Source: the human T2T-CHM13v2.0 reference genome, Homo sapiens. From it: a DNA stretch of 64,000 nucleotides. The position numbers and the translations under genes are program-made. The stretch is from NCBI RefSeq assembly GCF_009914755.1, contig NC_060930.1; one strand, given 5' to 3'. The notes under the pieces were generated by a model. That model ran no database searches. It saw only the letters and a program-made list of their open reading frames with translations, and had not been told where the DNA came from. Position 1 is the stretch's first letter; the number at the start of each line of letters is the position of its first letter. Shown piece by piece: positions 26,055 through 42,863 of the stretch.

Positions 26055-26565
26055 CTCTCCTAATTTTGTGGAGGAGCAAAAAATGGCACAAATACTCTGG
26101 ATCATCATTTTTTAACACATGCTAAGATCTTCTTAGTGTATTCAATTCTAAGAGATAACTCATAATGCAAACAAAATTTAAGCATTAATAGAGTCATCAC
26201 ATCATTATTTTTAATGAAGAAAAATTTTAAATGACACATATATCCTATACTATTTAAAAAATTGAAAAAATAAGTTATTCCATAGCCACACAGTATACAT
26301 AAAGAATCTCTCCAAAGCAGACTGGCTTCATTTTTTACTGCTACTTTTGTTATTTCTTCTTGCTATTCTTGTTTTTTCATTGTCACCACCAATACATCAA
26401 GATCTCCATGCGGTCTTCTCAGCTTTAATGATTTTTAAAGTACAGAAGAGTTGAAAGAAATGAGTAAAGTAGCCTTCAGGTTTCCCAGCACTACATTTAA
26501 TTAGACAACTCACCCCTCTCTCTTCACACCCCTGCTTTAGAAAGTCAGAGAACTAAGTAAAATAC

Positions 26566-27787
26566 TCTGTTACTCAGAGTTCTCTAGAGGGACAGGACTA
26601 ATAGGAAAGATGTATATATGAAAGGGAGTTTATTAAGGAGTACTGACTCACGATCACAAGGTGAAGTCCCACAATAGGCCATCTGCAAGCTGAGGAGCAA
26701 GAAAGCCAGTCTGAGTCCCAAAATCTCAAAAGTAGGGAAGCTGACAGTGCAGCCTTCAGTGTGTGACCGAAGGCCTGAGAGCCCCTGGCAAACCACTATT
26801 GCAGGTCCAAGAGTTCAAAAGCTGAAGAAGTTGTGAAACGGCCTTTGCGAAATTATGACTGAAACAGTGAAAGAGATCTGACTTAACCAACTCCATCTTG
26901 CTTCTGGTAGTAGGCTGAACTAACTTTGGGAGAAACTTAGTTTATAGTTTATAGTTTAAAACAAAGATGGTAACAGCCCTTTCCCAAAGTAGACCTTCTT
27001 CTTGCCTGGGGACTAGATTGCTTTTGTAGGACTAACATTAGCCAAAAGATTAGAAATTATGATTTAGGAGTCATGCAGCTGGAGGCTGGCTACAAGATTC
27101 TGACCCTCCCTAAGCTACTCCTAAGATCAGTGTTTGAGATATTTTTCAGACCCTGCACTTGATGGATCAGCTCGCACCACCCAGATCAATAAACTGGCTC
27201 ATCCGATCTTGTGGCTCCCACCCAGAAACTGACTCTATGGCAAGAAGACAGCTTCGACTCCCTGTGATTTCATCCCTAAGCAATCAGCACTCCTGGCTCA
27301 CTGGCTTCCCCCTATCCATCAAGTTGTCCTTAAAAACTCTGCTCCCGGAACGCTCAGGGAAAATGATTTGAGTAATAATAAAACTCCAGTCTCCTAAACA
27401 GCTGGCTCTGCGTGAATTACCCTTTCTTTATTGCAATTCCCCTGTCTTGATAAATTGACTCTGTCTAGGTAGCAGGAAAGGTGAACCCCTTGGTGGTTAC
27501 ATGTGGAGTCCAATGTTTTGAAGGCAGGAATCATCCAGCATGAGAGAAAGATGGAGGCCAGAAGACTCAGGCCAGTCTAGTCCTTCCACGTTCCTTTGTC
27601 TGCTTTTATCCTAGCCACGCTGGCAGCTGATTAGATGGTGCCCACCCAGCTTGAGGGTGGGTCTTCCTCTCCCAGTCCACTGTCTCAAATGTTAATCTCC
27701 TTTGGCAACACCCTCACAAAAACACCCAGGAACAACAGTTTGCATTCTTCAATCCAATCAAGATGACCCGCAATATTAACCATCACA
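26566..27787 (-). mobile_element. MLT2A2-like (ERVL) solo LTR split by LTR8
   Basis: cagagttctctagagggacaggactaatagg...ggcctgagagcccctggcaaaccac... and ...ttcaatccaatcaag...attaaccatcaca; TSD aatac/aatag. Confidence 0.88.
26834..27501 (+). mobile_element. LTR8 (ERV1) solo LTR
   Basis: tgaaacggcctttgcgaaattatgactga...aataataaaactcc...gtgaaccccttggtggttaca; TG...CA termini. Confidence 0.88.
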
Positions 27788-28944
27788 AATAGTATCACTG
27801 AGATAATCAGCACAGTCATTCTACCTGATTAAATATTTACAAGCCAGATGCATTTGTTGAGAATTTATCTGGTATAGATAATGGTGTGATAAAATTTATC
27901 TTTTTCTCTATTTTTTATGCCTGGTGGCCCTAAAATGGTTATTATTAAATTCATTAATATTACCTTTCTGCTGATATCCCACCATTGAGGAAGTGGTAGA
28001 TTTTTGTAGGACTAAGTCACACAGGCATATGAGATTTGTGAAGGCTGGGCATATCAGATATCACAGATTCCGGGCTCTAGACTCATAGAGCCTATATGTT
28101 CAGTTTCACAGTACAGTATGGTCTTTAGTGAAGCTATTTAAAGTTATGCTTATAAAGAGCTGTTTTTTAATTGAAAAGAAGGAAATACTTAAGGAAATGT
28201 TAGAGGAGAAAACAGGGAAACAAAATTAAAAGACAGTTTGATCCCAGTTATATAAGATAATATGACTAGATGGAAAGATGTATACTAATATAGATTTCTC
28301 CTACATAACTTATTTAGATAAGCAAATTTTTTCTAAGGATTTAAATATTTGGTGGTCGTTTTCAAGCTATCCAACCCACCGCTACCTACAAATGAAAAAG
28401 TAACATGAATCTCTATTAAGAACTTCATTTGTCCCAACCATCTTCCTTCACACATGCACATACACAAACCACAAACTTACGGCATATGTTCTGAGACTTT
28501 CTGAATAACTAAAATTATGGATGTGAGAGCTTTTAAACATATAAATTATTAGAGGCAGATAATGTAACAGAGAATACCTGCACAAAGATTCTGAGTGGTT
28601 AACACTGTATAGTCAGATACAAGTAACTTTCCTTTATACATCATATTGTTCATGTTTTCTGTAATAAGCGTGTAATTTTACAATAAGAAAAAATAGGCAT
28701 TTATGCATTATTTTTTATTATGTACTTTAAGCAGAGAACTTGTGTTTCAAAATAAGCCAGTAGAATCTGATATCTGCTCTCAATTTTTGATGTTGTTAAC
28801 TAAACTTTGTGATGTTCTTTATTGATATCTTACCTTCCTCTTCCACTTGGCTGCAATGAAAGCTGCCTGCTAAGTCAGACATTATATTTTATAGCCCACA
28901 AATACCATGGGAAAGTATGTTACTCTGCTGGTGGAAGATATAGG

Positions 28945-29170
28945 AATAATAATAACAATATTTACTAATCTTTTATGTGTAAAGACACTCTCCTGATGGT
29001 TTTATTTGTATTAATGCATGGAATCCTCATATCCCTATGATACTACTTTCCTAACGAGGAAACAAACTGAGGTTCTGAGACGTTAAATAATCTGCTCAAA
29101 TTCACCCATTGAATGAATGGTGAGCCCACAATTGAGGCCAAATGAACCAATTCCAGAATCCACTCTATTA
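28945..29170 (-). mobile_element. MIR SINE
   Basis: aataataataacaat...aaactgaggttctgagacgttaaataatctgctcaaattcac...ttccagaatccactct. Confidence 0.75.
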
Positions 29171-29814
29171 ATCTTATGATTTAATAAATAATACATAATT
29201 CAATTGGCAACAAAAACTGCAATTCATTTTCACTTGATTTCTAATAAAGTCTAAAAACTTTTCTAAGAACAGTTTTTGGCATGTCATAAGCTCTCAATAA
29301 AAAAATATGGAGTATTACTAATATCCTTATAATTATTACCTTTCATCATTTTACTTCTTAATATTTTAAAAATTTATTGTATATAAGAAAAATTCTCAGA
29401 CTCCTGTTAATCTACATACCTTTTGCATGTCTGTTTAAATTTTTGAGAAATCTTTAATTAATTGACTTGATTAGTACTTTCGTTATATGTAATTTCTTAA
29501 CTTCTTGTCTTCCATTATTTCCATCATTATCTTCTGCAGAAACAACAGTGTAATTAAGAGACACCAACATTGAAGGAGTCTAAAACCTAGGAGAATGCTT
29601 ATAGGATCTTATCATTTACAGTGTTACAGATATGTGATGCCGGCTAGAATGTATAATTAAATTACTCAACAGATGGTTTGTGTCTCATTCTGGATTAATA
29701 GTGTGAAATTCTTTTGCTTAATAAATTCTTTAATATCACTCATCCTTTTACATCATAGTTTTTATTAACATTCTTATAGTATTTGTCACTCATCCTGTTA
29801 TGTTTCCTTGGTAC

Positions 29815-29960
29815 TTCACTTATTCATACATCCATTCATCTGCATTTATCACCTAGTGTATGTTAAACAGTGTGCCAGACAATAGGATTCAGAAAATGAA
29901 GACATGGCTCTAGTTTTCAAACATTATATTTGTTAGAGAAGATAAACAACAAAGAAAGTC
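29815..29960 (-). mobile_element. L2 3'-end fragment
   Basis: ttcacttattcatacatccattcatctgcatttatcacc...tgtgccagacaatagg. Confidence 0.55.
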
Positions 29961-30179
29961 AATTACGACATCATGCAGTAAATACTCTTTTAGAAATTGG
30001 ACAGTCTGCTGTGAAATAAAGACAGTACACCTGATTATCTTTGCAAGTGAGAAGAGACATCGTGAGAAAGATGCCAGAAAATATTTCCTCAAAAAACTGA
30101 TAACAAGAGCCTGCTTGAAAGTGCTGGAATTCGCTAAGGAAAAGTGGGTGTAGATATGAGAATATATGCATGAACATAC

Positions 30180-30201
30180 GTGTGTGTGTGTGGGTGTGTG
30201 T
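30180..30201. repeat. Short interrupted (TG)n microsatellite
   Basis: gtgtgtgtgtgtgggtgtgtgt. Confidence 0.8.
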
Positions 30202-30228
30202 CTTTACATTGTGGGGAGGGAGTGAAGA

Positions 30229-32315
<2,087 letters not shown>

Positions 32316-33659
32316 GACACTGAAAATTTCCATCACCCCAGAAGTTACCATGTGCCCCTTCGAAATAAATCCTCAACTCTCCACCCTAAAAAAAAAAAAA
32401 ATTATTGTCCTACCTAATATGTGAATCAGTTCTGATAAATTTATATCTTGTGTTTTTTTTTTGCATGTTTTCTATTGTGTGTGTTAGAGAATACGGCATT
32501 TGAACCTATTTTCCCTGAATGTGTTGCAATATTTTTATAATAGCCACTGCATTTCATTTGTGTAAGGTTATCTACTTGGACAGCATACAAATAGTCATTA
32601 GAAGGCCTCTAGAAGATGAATCCCTATTACATAAATGTGACATTGAGGCTGTTTTACAGTGTTATCATTTAGCACTCTCTTTAATGACTGTTGCTTCAAG
32701 TATTTATTGATTACACCAGCTGTGGCTTAAAATCTGGGTCCCTGCCTTTAATACTAGGCTTCTCAGACTCCTCATATCTCAATTTCTATTTACAGCACCA
32801 TTTAATGGGTGTTCTTTTGTGGCATTTTTGGCTAAGGCTTTTAATTAAAGGAACATATTTATGACCTTGGAATTTGAAATTAGGCAGGTTTAATTGCAGT
32901 ATTTTTATTATATAACTTTATTTTCTCTTGTAATGTCTTAATTAGATGTTCTAATGTTCTGTTTCAAAATGAATTTCTACTTAAACAGCCTGAAGGTAGA
33001 AACACAGCTTTTTTTTTTAAAGAAAATCATTTTGACAAAAATTTTTTATACTCAGAAAGATATATTTTTCTAGGTTACACATTATTTCATGAAGCCAGGA
33101 AAATAGAAAAGTGTGAAGATATTTTATTGTTAGTTAAATAATAAGCTAGATTCTAGCATATATTTTATTATTAAAAACCTTGAAATAAAATTGTCCCTTT
33201 TAGACTTTTATACACTTCACAATTTTAAATGTTTTACAAAGTATATTTTGATATTTCTATTACAATTTTCAAAATTTAAATATTTAATAATGTCCATGAT
33301 ATTTCTTCAATAATCTGAGTTATTTCATACATTCTTTTCTAAGTAAAGAGATTTATTAAGCCAAGACTTAACAGAGAGCTAAATAAATACCCTAAAGGGA
33401 AGAGAAACTGAAGTCAACGGTGGAACTGAAATTTGACACTTAATGGTGTCCAATTCAAGGTATTAGTTTCTAACATTAAAATTCCACAAGCAGTGGAATT
33501 TGACCAGTGTAAAAATCAGTTTTCAACAGAAGGCACTACTCCATTAATCTACTTAATTCATCTCCTCCAGGATCTTCAATTTTTTCTTTCCATTGGTGTT
33601 TTGACAACAGCTTTTAAACATTTCAAACTCTTCTATCTCTACATTAATAATATATATAT

Positions 33660-35740
33660 TTTATTTTTTCTAATAAATTGTATGAGGTACAATAAAATGT
33701 ATACATTTCAAGTGTGAAGACTGATGCATTTGACAGTCAATATATAAAAAATTTCCATCAATACATAAAGTTTTCTTATGTCCTTTTGCAGTCACTAATC
33801 CACATAACCTCTCAGCAGCCACCAATTTGCTTTCTGTCACTATAAATTCATTTTGACTATTCTAAATATTTCACATTACATATATGAAATAATGTGCTGT
33901 GCATGGCTTCTTTTGCTCAACATAATATTTTTGAGATGTGTTCATGTTGTGTATGTCTATAGTTCATTCCTTTTTAACTGATGAGTAGTATTTCATTACA
34001 TGGATATACTATAATGTGCCTTTCACTTATCAATTGATATTTTGGTTATTTCCAATTTTAGCTATTATGAATATATTTGCTATGAATATTTAAATATAAG
34101 TCTTTGTATGGATCTATGCTTTTATTTTTCTTGATTAAATACCTAGGAACTGGATTGCTGAGTTATCTCAGTGAACACATGTTTTAAGAAACTGCTAAAA
34201 TGGTCCCAAGCAGTTGTACCATGTTACATTTAAATCAACAATATATGAGACCTCCAGTTGCTCCAAATCCTCTCCAACTCTTGGTATTGCCAGTCTTTTA
34301 AATAGATGTGTACTACTGTCTATGATTTTAATTTTCATTTCCGTGATGATTAAAGATGTCGAACATCTTTTTATTGGCCATTTTTCCATCTCCTTTTCCC
34401 TACTTATTGGCTATTTTTGTATTTTCTTTTGTGAAGCATTAATATAAATATTTTTTCACTTTAAAATTAATTTTTGTCCCATTATTTATGTATATTTTTT
34501 CTTGAGGTAGATCTTGTCTTATTATCGAGGTATATTTTGTCCTAATGTATTCCTTACAAAGTCATTTTTTGTATATACATATTGTGAATATTTTTTCCCA
34601 GTACTAAGTGTAAATATTTATTTTAACAGTGTCCTTCAAAGAGCAGAACAAAAATAAATCAACCGTTTATAATGAGCCTATTTCTAGACCCTATATTCCA
34701 TTTAATTTTAATAGATGGATAATGGAACATCAACTTGATAATTGCAGTTATACAGTAAGTCTTGAAACCAGGTAGTGTGTGTCTTCCAACTTTTTTTTCC
34801 TCTTTCAAAACTGTTTTGATTATTTTAGGTTTTTGTGAATTTCTATAAAATTTTTTAGAATATGCATTAAATGTTTATTAACATACAAAGTGACCAAACT
34901 GCTGAGTCATTTAAGTGAAAATTTTAATGAGACTGCATGAAATCTGTAGAACAATTTGGGGAGAGCTAATATCTTACTTATATCAGATATCAAATCTTTC
35001 AATTCAATAACATAGTATATCTCTCTATTTATTTAAATCTTTAAATTACCTTAAATGTTTTATACAGGTGGTGCACACGTTTTATAAACAAATCTCCATA
35101 TATTTAATGCATTTTGGTACTCTTGTAAATGGAACTTTTAAAATTCAATTTTCAATAATTTTCTGTATAAAAATGTAAGGATCTTTTGTATATTGACCTT
35201 ATGACTTGTAATACTGCTACACTGACTTATTAGTTCTAGTATGTTGTGTATATTTCTTATGAGTTCCTATATATGTGCTAATGTCATCTGCAAATAAAGA
35301 CAGTTTCATTCTTTCCTTTCAATTTGCATAATGTTATTTATTTTTCTTGTCTTACTGCACTGGTTAAGACTTCCAATACAATGTTAACTAGAAATGGTAA
35401 GAGTAGATAGCCTTACTTTGTACCTGATTTTAGGGGAGAATTAGTCTTTTGAAACTAAGTTTGATAATAATTATAGATTTTTCATAATGTCTTTTGTTAG
35501 TTTGAGGAAGTTCCCCTCTCTCCCTAATTTGCTGAGAGTTTTTATCATCAATTGATGCCAGATCTTGCTAAATATTCTGTATTCATTGCAAAGATCATAG
35601 GATTGTTGTATGATGTAAATATGGTGAATCACATTGATTTTCAAAAGTAAAACCCACTTTGCATTTCTGGGATAAACACTACCCGTTCATGACAAATTAT
35701 CCTTTTTATGTTCAACCAGAATTGAATGGTTAATACTTTC
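33660..35740 (-). mobile_element. Old L1M (MC/ME) element, fragmented
   Basis: atggcttcttttgctcaacataatatttttgagat; aaatacctaggaactggattgctgagtt; atgtcatctgcaaataaagacagttt (antisense FADD). Confidence 0.85.
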
Positions 35741-35749
35741 CTTTGGCTT

Positions 35750-36810
35750 CCTGTTACCTCCATGTCTTTCCTAGCCCTCTTTTCCATTTTTCCCCCCATG
35801 GTACTCATGCTCCTTACAGTATGATCTTCTTGGATTGTCTCATCTGTATTCATGGTTTTCCTTTGATTCTTCACTTTATAGTTCTGGGCTTTTTTCTTCC
35901 ACAAGTTGTGACTCTAAATCCTACTCCCTGCTATACTCTCCTCCTAGTTGTCCTATGTGTATCACAGCCTCAACGTGTACAGAATCTATTGTTTCTTTAT
36001 TTTCTTCCTTGCCAAAGCATATTCCTTATATGATTTTCTAACCCTACTTGATATTATTACCATCAACTCAATCTTACAAAACGTGTATCTAAAATTTAGC
36101 CTCAACTGTTTCCTTTATTTTACTCCCAAGATCCAATCAATCACTTAGGCTGTCTTATTTAATTTAATCCCAACTAGGTCTTAACTATTCTTCTTTTTTT
36201 TTTTTTTTTTTTTTTGGTTTTTAAGTATCTCTTCTCTATTTTGTACTACAGTAGCCTCTTAACTCTTTTCCCAGTTCCATGTTATGCCATTCAAATCTAT
36301 CATAATGATAGATTACAACATTTAATGGTTCCCCTTGGTCTAGTGGTCAAAGTCTAAATTTTTTAGTATAGTGTACAAGTCCCTTTGTTACCAACGTTTT
36401 CTTCCCAAGCCCTTATTTCAGTATTCTCTGAATCATATATTATACTAAAGAAATATAGAATACTTGAAATTTTCTGAACACACTTAGCTTTTGAATATCT
36501 CCACTTCCAGCTCATTGCTTATCACTCTGTAAGACAATCAAAATACTTAACATTCAGAAAATTTGTATGTCCTCTAACCCCCAACTCCAGTTTGGGTGAG
36601 TTGTTTCTACTCTGAACCGTTAAGTCACCTTGGAGACTTGTATTATTGTACTTATCACCTTGTACTGAAATTATCTATTGTATGTGTCTACATTCTGAAA
36701 ATGAATATACTCCCTCAAGAGTAAGAATGTGCTCATTTTTCCTTCTATATTTAATTTCTACTTCTATATTCATTCTTGGCACAAAATATGTGGCGAACTG
36801 AATTGAAGGT
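35750..36810 (+). mobile_element. Degraded L2 including its 3' end
   Basis: Pyrimidine-rich L2-like tract ending tattgtacttatcaccttgtactgaaatt...ttcttggcacaaaata...gaactgaattgaa. Confidence 0.55.
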
Positions 36811-39589
36811 TAGACTCCAATCTGAAAGTTAAATTTATTTTCTGAAGTAGTCAAAAGTAACACAAGAAGAGTGCTGTTCTGTGACTCAGAACACCTTGCA
36901 TTCAGATCTAAATATTTATTTAAGGGGAAACAAGTGGGAAGCTGGTATTTTCAACACTTCAACTTCCTTCAAACACAATTATGAAGACGTATTTCTTACT
37001 CTGAACTTTGAAAAACACAGGGAAAAAAACAAGACAAAATTAACACAAGGAAGCAAAACCTCCACATTGGCTGGAGTGACATAAAATATTGTGGTTCACT
37101 GAAAAAACTGAGCTGGCTCCTGAAGAACAGCTGAGAGGATTGGGGTGGGCCAGAAACATTTACCTTATCCTTCTTAGCTAAAGGTTTTCACCAATTTTAT
37201 AAGTGATAATCTTTTGCATGTTATTTGCTAGTTTTTGTAAATGATTTATGTTTAACTAAGTAACCAGTGGTATATGATTCTCATTATACAGTGTACATAT
37301 AGTTTGCCCTGAACGTATCTTGTTTTTTTCTTCAAAAGTCGATGAATTCATTATCTCTAACATGATGTTAACAAAGCTTATTCTTCCTGAGTGGGAACTA
37401 TGTCTGGCTCTCAAGCCTGTGCCTTTCATTAATACTACCGTTCCTTATTATTGGGCTGTCATTAGGTCCAGAGTATGAGGTCTGAATTAGGAAGCCTAAA
37501 AATAATTTAATGCCATTGTTTGTCTTTCTTCTTTACCTTCGGCTATTGTTGGAAATTATTTCTGAGGAGGATTTTCACACTAGAAGGTCATATAATTCTA
37601 GCAGTGGGAAATAGAGAGAGAGAGATGATCTAACAGCGGCCGCGCACTGCTGTTTCAGGAAGCAGATACTGTGGTATTGTTTTACTTGTTTGCTTCCTTG
37701 TTTAATTTGGGCCCTACATTTTTTGTTTTTATACTGGGCATACAATTTTCAACTCTTCTGCAGTTCCCAGGACTTGCTAATTTCTTACATCAGGTTGTTT
37801 TGTTATTTTAGTCATTAAAAATATGTTATTACTTATGAAGTCATTTGTATCTAGGATTTCAGATATAAGCTTGTTTGTTGTTTCTTTTTGAAAAAAAAAA
37901 TGATGTTGCAAAAATAACACGAGTTGCCCAATTTTACACCCCTAGTCAAGAGATCCAGCCAAATAATGTAGTTTTCCTGAATATCAGACCTAGACAGTGT
38001 CTGACATGATTTGCTGTCTCTGGGTTTGTGGCCTCTTAGCTCTCTGAGATGAGAAACAGTTGAGATGGTAAGGGGAGTGGGTGACATAAAAATAAAAAGA
38101 AGCTGAAAGAGAAGTGCAACTTTTGAAACATTTACAAATGCATATGCCTGGATGTGTGGGTGTGGGTAGAGTAAATTTGTGTATGAGAGTAGGAAGGGAG
38201 ATGTGCAATTTCTGGATACCATTTCCAGGGCTATGCCAACAAACTATGAATTTAAGCAGAATGATCAAGGACTATACTCAATAAAGGTGATTTACGCTGT
38301 GGGTCAAGTAATGAAATTTGGATCATATAAGAAAATTCGTAAACACTGACAATTTATCATCTAAGGCATATAATGAGAGTAATGGTAGGGGTAAGGAGAA
38401 TGAAAACAGAAAGAAACAAAGGGAGATCATCAATTAAACTGCCGTGTTTGAAGGTGAGAAATATATGGCTTTTCCTGGGCTTCGAAATACGGCCTTTGGC
38501 CAAGTCTCAGCTGCAATGTCATCTTCAGTTGAGTTTTTTTTTTTTTTTTTTATGGATTTTTTCAAAAACTTGCTGCAGCGGCACCTTGCTATAATTTGCC
38601 CTGCCTGCTACAAAAGAATTACATTCAGCTCTCATCTAGTTACCTTTTCATGCAGATTTGTAATGCATTGTTTCTTGACTCTGGAGGATTTCATGACTTT
38701 AAAATACTGCCCTGTTCAGAAATTGCTTCAGAAGAGCAGTCCAAACCAAACTGAGACTCAGAAGCTCACATTAGTTAACACATTTGACGTGGAGTCCTAT
38801 TTTCAGCATACCCTTGAAATACCTTTTACAGTGACTAAGTGCCATGAGTAGAAACATCAGAGATTATATATGCCAGTGTCATTACACTTATCCACAAAGG
38901 ACACAACTCTGGGTGTGGATAATAAAGGCAAATTTAGCAATCACAGATTGTCAAGTTTTAATTGTGCTTATGGTCTATCTGCAATGTACAGAAAAGATTG
39001 GTGTGATTCTTGGAATAACAATACGTGAGAGTTCCTTTACCATATTGTCTGTTTTATAGCCTTTTCATGTTATCCAAGTCACTGCAGGTATGGCTTTGTG
39101 CATGAGAGCCAAAAATTCTAGACTAGTTATGATAAGATTTTCAGTCAAAATTATCCTTGGCAATTCAAAACATTTCTTGGGAGTTCATTGTCAAGATAAA
39201 ACAACAACAAAAAACAGTCTCAGAACTCTGTCTGACTTTTCTGGCCACGATTATGTGTAGTGAGCTTTGAAATTACTCACACTCTAATTAGAACCCTACA
39301 TCTGCGTTCTACCTTCTTTGTATTGTGTGTTTATGTGTCATTATTTTATTTTTTAAATTTTAATCTAACTTAAATTATCTGATTATTAATTTTCTCATCT
39401 GTAGAGATATAGTATTGTTTTAATCTATATTTCTGATGCATAAGATTACATAGATAAAATACATTAGGCTTATGTAAGTATTCATAAAGAAATGACCAAT
39501 ATTAATTGTAATTATAATAAAGCCCTTTCCCTCAGCATGATCAAACAGCTTTTTTGTCTTATGTTTTAGACTGATCATTATAGACTCCT

Positions 39590-39715
39590 ACAGAACTTTT
39601 TAAAAGTGAAGAATCATGTTCCCTTACTCCTACAGTTTTAAGTTCAGTCTGAGATAAGGCCCAGGAATCTGAATTTTGACAAGTTTCCCGGTTTCCCTAA
39701 TGATCAATCAAATAA
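39590..39715. mobile_element. MER5-like remnant
   Basis: ggcccaggaatctgaattttgacaagtttccc. Confidence 0.6.
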
Positions 39716-40280
39716 ATTTTGAAAGACAAATCTGGCACAAAAGGATTTGTAGGAAAAATAACAGAGAAAATTAATGTAAGATCAATCTTCCTTAAACAAA
39801 AATACTCGTTGTCTAAGACAAGTGCTCTATTGATGTAGCCACTAATTTGTTTTTCAAGTAACTAGCATATCTAGCCAACCTGGTATTAGTGAAGGAAACT
39901 TGAGACTAGGCATACACAAACGGCTTTAATAAAGGCTGATCTTTTTCTTGATGGATTCTCTGATCAAATCCTCCATTTGAAGGGAAAAATAAAAACCATG
40001 GAACGTCTTACAAAACACCCAATCATTAGTTTCTCCATTACACATTTCTAATTTCTTTTTCTTCCCTCGCCCCTTGTATATGCTCTGAGCTGGAAGGTTT
40101 ATTCTTTGATTTACAATGTGGCATAGTGTAGAGAATAAAAGTTTTAGGAACAAGAACTGCTATTTCAAAAGTCTGACTCCACCACCTACTGAGTGACTTT
40201 TGGCAAGTTGCCGGAGCTCTTTCCTAGGAAGTTGTCACACTCCTTCTGGATCAATGCTTCCTTAGGTATCCTGTGAACTA

Positions 40281-40350
40281 CACTGTACTGAACAGCTCAC
40301 TGACCACTACTTGTGCACCGTACTGAACAGCTCACTGGCCACACTTTGCA
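40281..40350. repeat. ~35-bp tandem duplication
   Basis: cactgtactgaacagctcactgaccac... / caccgtactgaacagctcactggccac... Confidence 0.85.
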
Positions 40351-40489
40351 ATTGAAGGAATTAAAATTCACAGAAAAAAAATAAACAGATATATATTCAG
40401 CAAGATAGAAAATTAAATTCTAAGAGTGGACGTGGCCTCCAAATTTTCCATTAAGATAATTCCAGGTTATTACAGACCACAGACACAAG

Positions 40490-40710
40490 GAATATATAGC
40501 TATTCAAAATTACATTAATAATTATTAGGATGCTATAATAGGAAAAAAGAAGCAAACTAAATATAACATGGTTTCAATTTTGTAATATATAAAGATCTTT
40601 AAAAATATTAACATTCTTGGTGGAATGATGATTTTATATTCTTACTATTCTCTTATATTTTTTGAAGGTTCAATGATGATGATATGTTACTTTTCTGTTC
40701 AGAAATATAA
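40490..40710 (+). mobile_element. Old L1ME 3'UTR fragment
   Basis: ggaaaaaagaagcaaactaaatataacatggtttcaattttgtaa...atgattttatattctt...atgttacttttctg. Confidence 0.5.
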
Positions 40711-42204
40711 TAAACATTTGTTTTTGTTTTTTCATTGCACCAATTTAGCCGATGCAGGATTTTTCTTGCTTCAACATCAGGCTTCTGTCTGATATACCAA
40801 CATGCCAGAAGACCTCCCCTGTACCCAGTTGCTCTCCTTCCCATAATTCACAGAGATTAAAGCTTTGTAGGACATATGCCTTTCTTTGTGATGAACTAGG
40901 AGAAAAACAAAAAACTTAATTGATTATGATTGATTCATAACTGTTGTCTATAGTTATATGGAGAGAGAGGGGACTAAGAAGAGCTATAAGCATAACAGGT
41001 GACACCAAGTCCAAATTTAAATTCAAAGGATTGTGTCTACTGAGAGGATCCTGGCAGAATTTAGCCATGGGGGCAAGCAATGAAAGAATCACTGATTTTT
41101 CAAGGGTTGTAACACTCACTATGGTTTAGAAAACAGGACTATAAAATAACCAAAAGAATTTGCCAACTTCCCCACCTTCCCCTCCAAAAAAATGAATTAG
41201 TAAGAAACAAAACTGAAACCAAGCTAAAGTTATACTAGTATAATTAACTTCAAATGCTGGGGGGCTGTTTCATCATTACAAAAAGATGTCCACATGGCTG
41301 ATGCTCAAAGGTAAGTTGTCTGCAAAAAGAAAAGGATGAAAGAATACTTGAACAAATTCATTTTAAAATTAACTGGGCTGAGCTGAAAATAACCTCCATA
41401 TCCTTTTAAAATGTCCAGTCCAGTGTGTACTACATCTGGATAAAAAGCTTTTTTGAAAAAAAATCAGTTGCTGCACAGAAGTTTCTATGTGAATGAACTA
41501 ATATGATTATAAGGGAGAAAATGCATTGTTTTTGTTTTGTGTTGTTTTGTTTTTATGAAATGTGTCATACTTCTTTGCTTAAATATGGCCATTAATAAAC
41601 TAATATATTATTTAATTGAAATGAATATATTCTTATGAGTTTTTTTGAAAGAAAAACTATAAATGATACCTAGGACCAAAAACAAATTTTAAATTAAAAC
41701 TGAAATAATATTTTACTCTGTATTTTTTTACTTATCTCATTTTATATTGTAAGTACTTAAATTTATAATTTTATGGTTCTATTTTATTTACTTTTTCACC
41801 TGAGTTTGGAAAATAACATGCACATATATGTACAACACTCTTTAGAAATGACCGTTTTTCACTACTACTTTCTAGATTGTTAAATTATACTTATTATGTA
41901 CTGGAGTCTATTTCTGTCTCTTTTTTACACACTTTCCATGATGCTAGATGTGGGTACATCTAGATCTGGGTGTGACTCAAGACCACCAGATTCTCCTAAA
42001 CATCAATATGGGAAGTGAGTAGGGCAACTGTGTGAAGCAAATCTCCCATGAGGGTGCAATTTGAAGCTTAGTGTGAGGCTACATCTAAAGAGAAATGTTT
42101 TTCTCCTCCTTAATTAAACAATATATTTGGACCATTCATATGTGTAAAGGCGTTATTCCACTGAAATACATATATGTGTATCAGGAGGTAAATGCATTAA
42201 TACT

Positions 42205-42863
<659 letters not shown>

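Noticed and set aside
38444-38851. 135-aa ORF in unique sequence
   Set aside because: GTG start, reads through a T17 run (poly-Phe), no recognisable domain or flanking splice sites.
41290-41316. Consensus donor AAG|gtaagt at 41311
   Set aside because: No credible acceptor or promoter upstream; isolated donors are common by chance.
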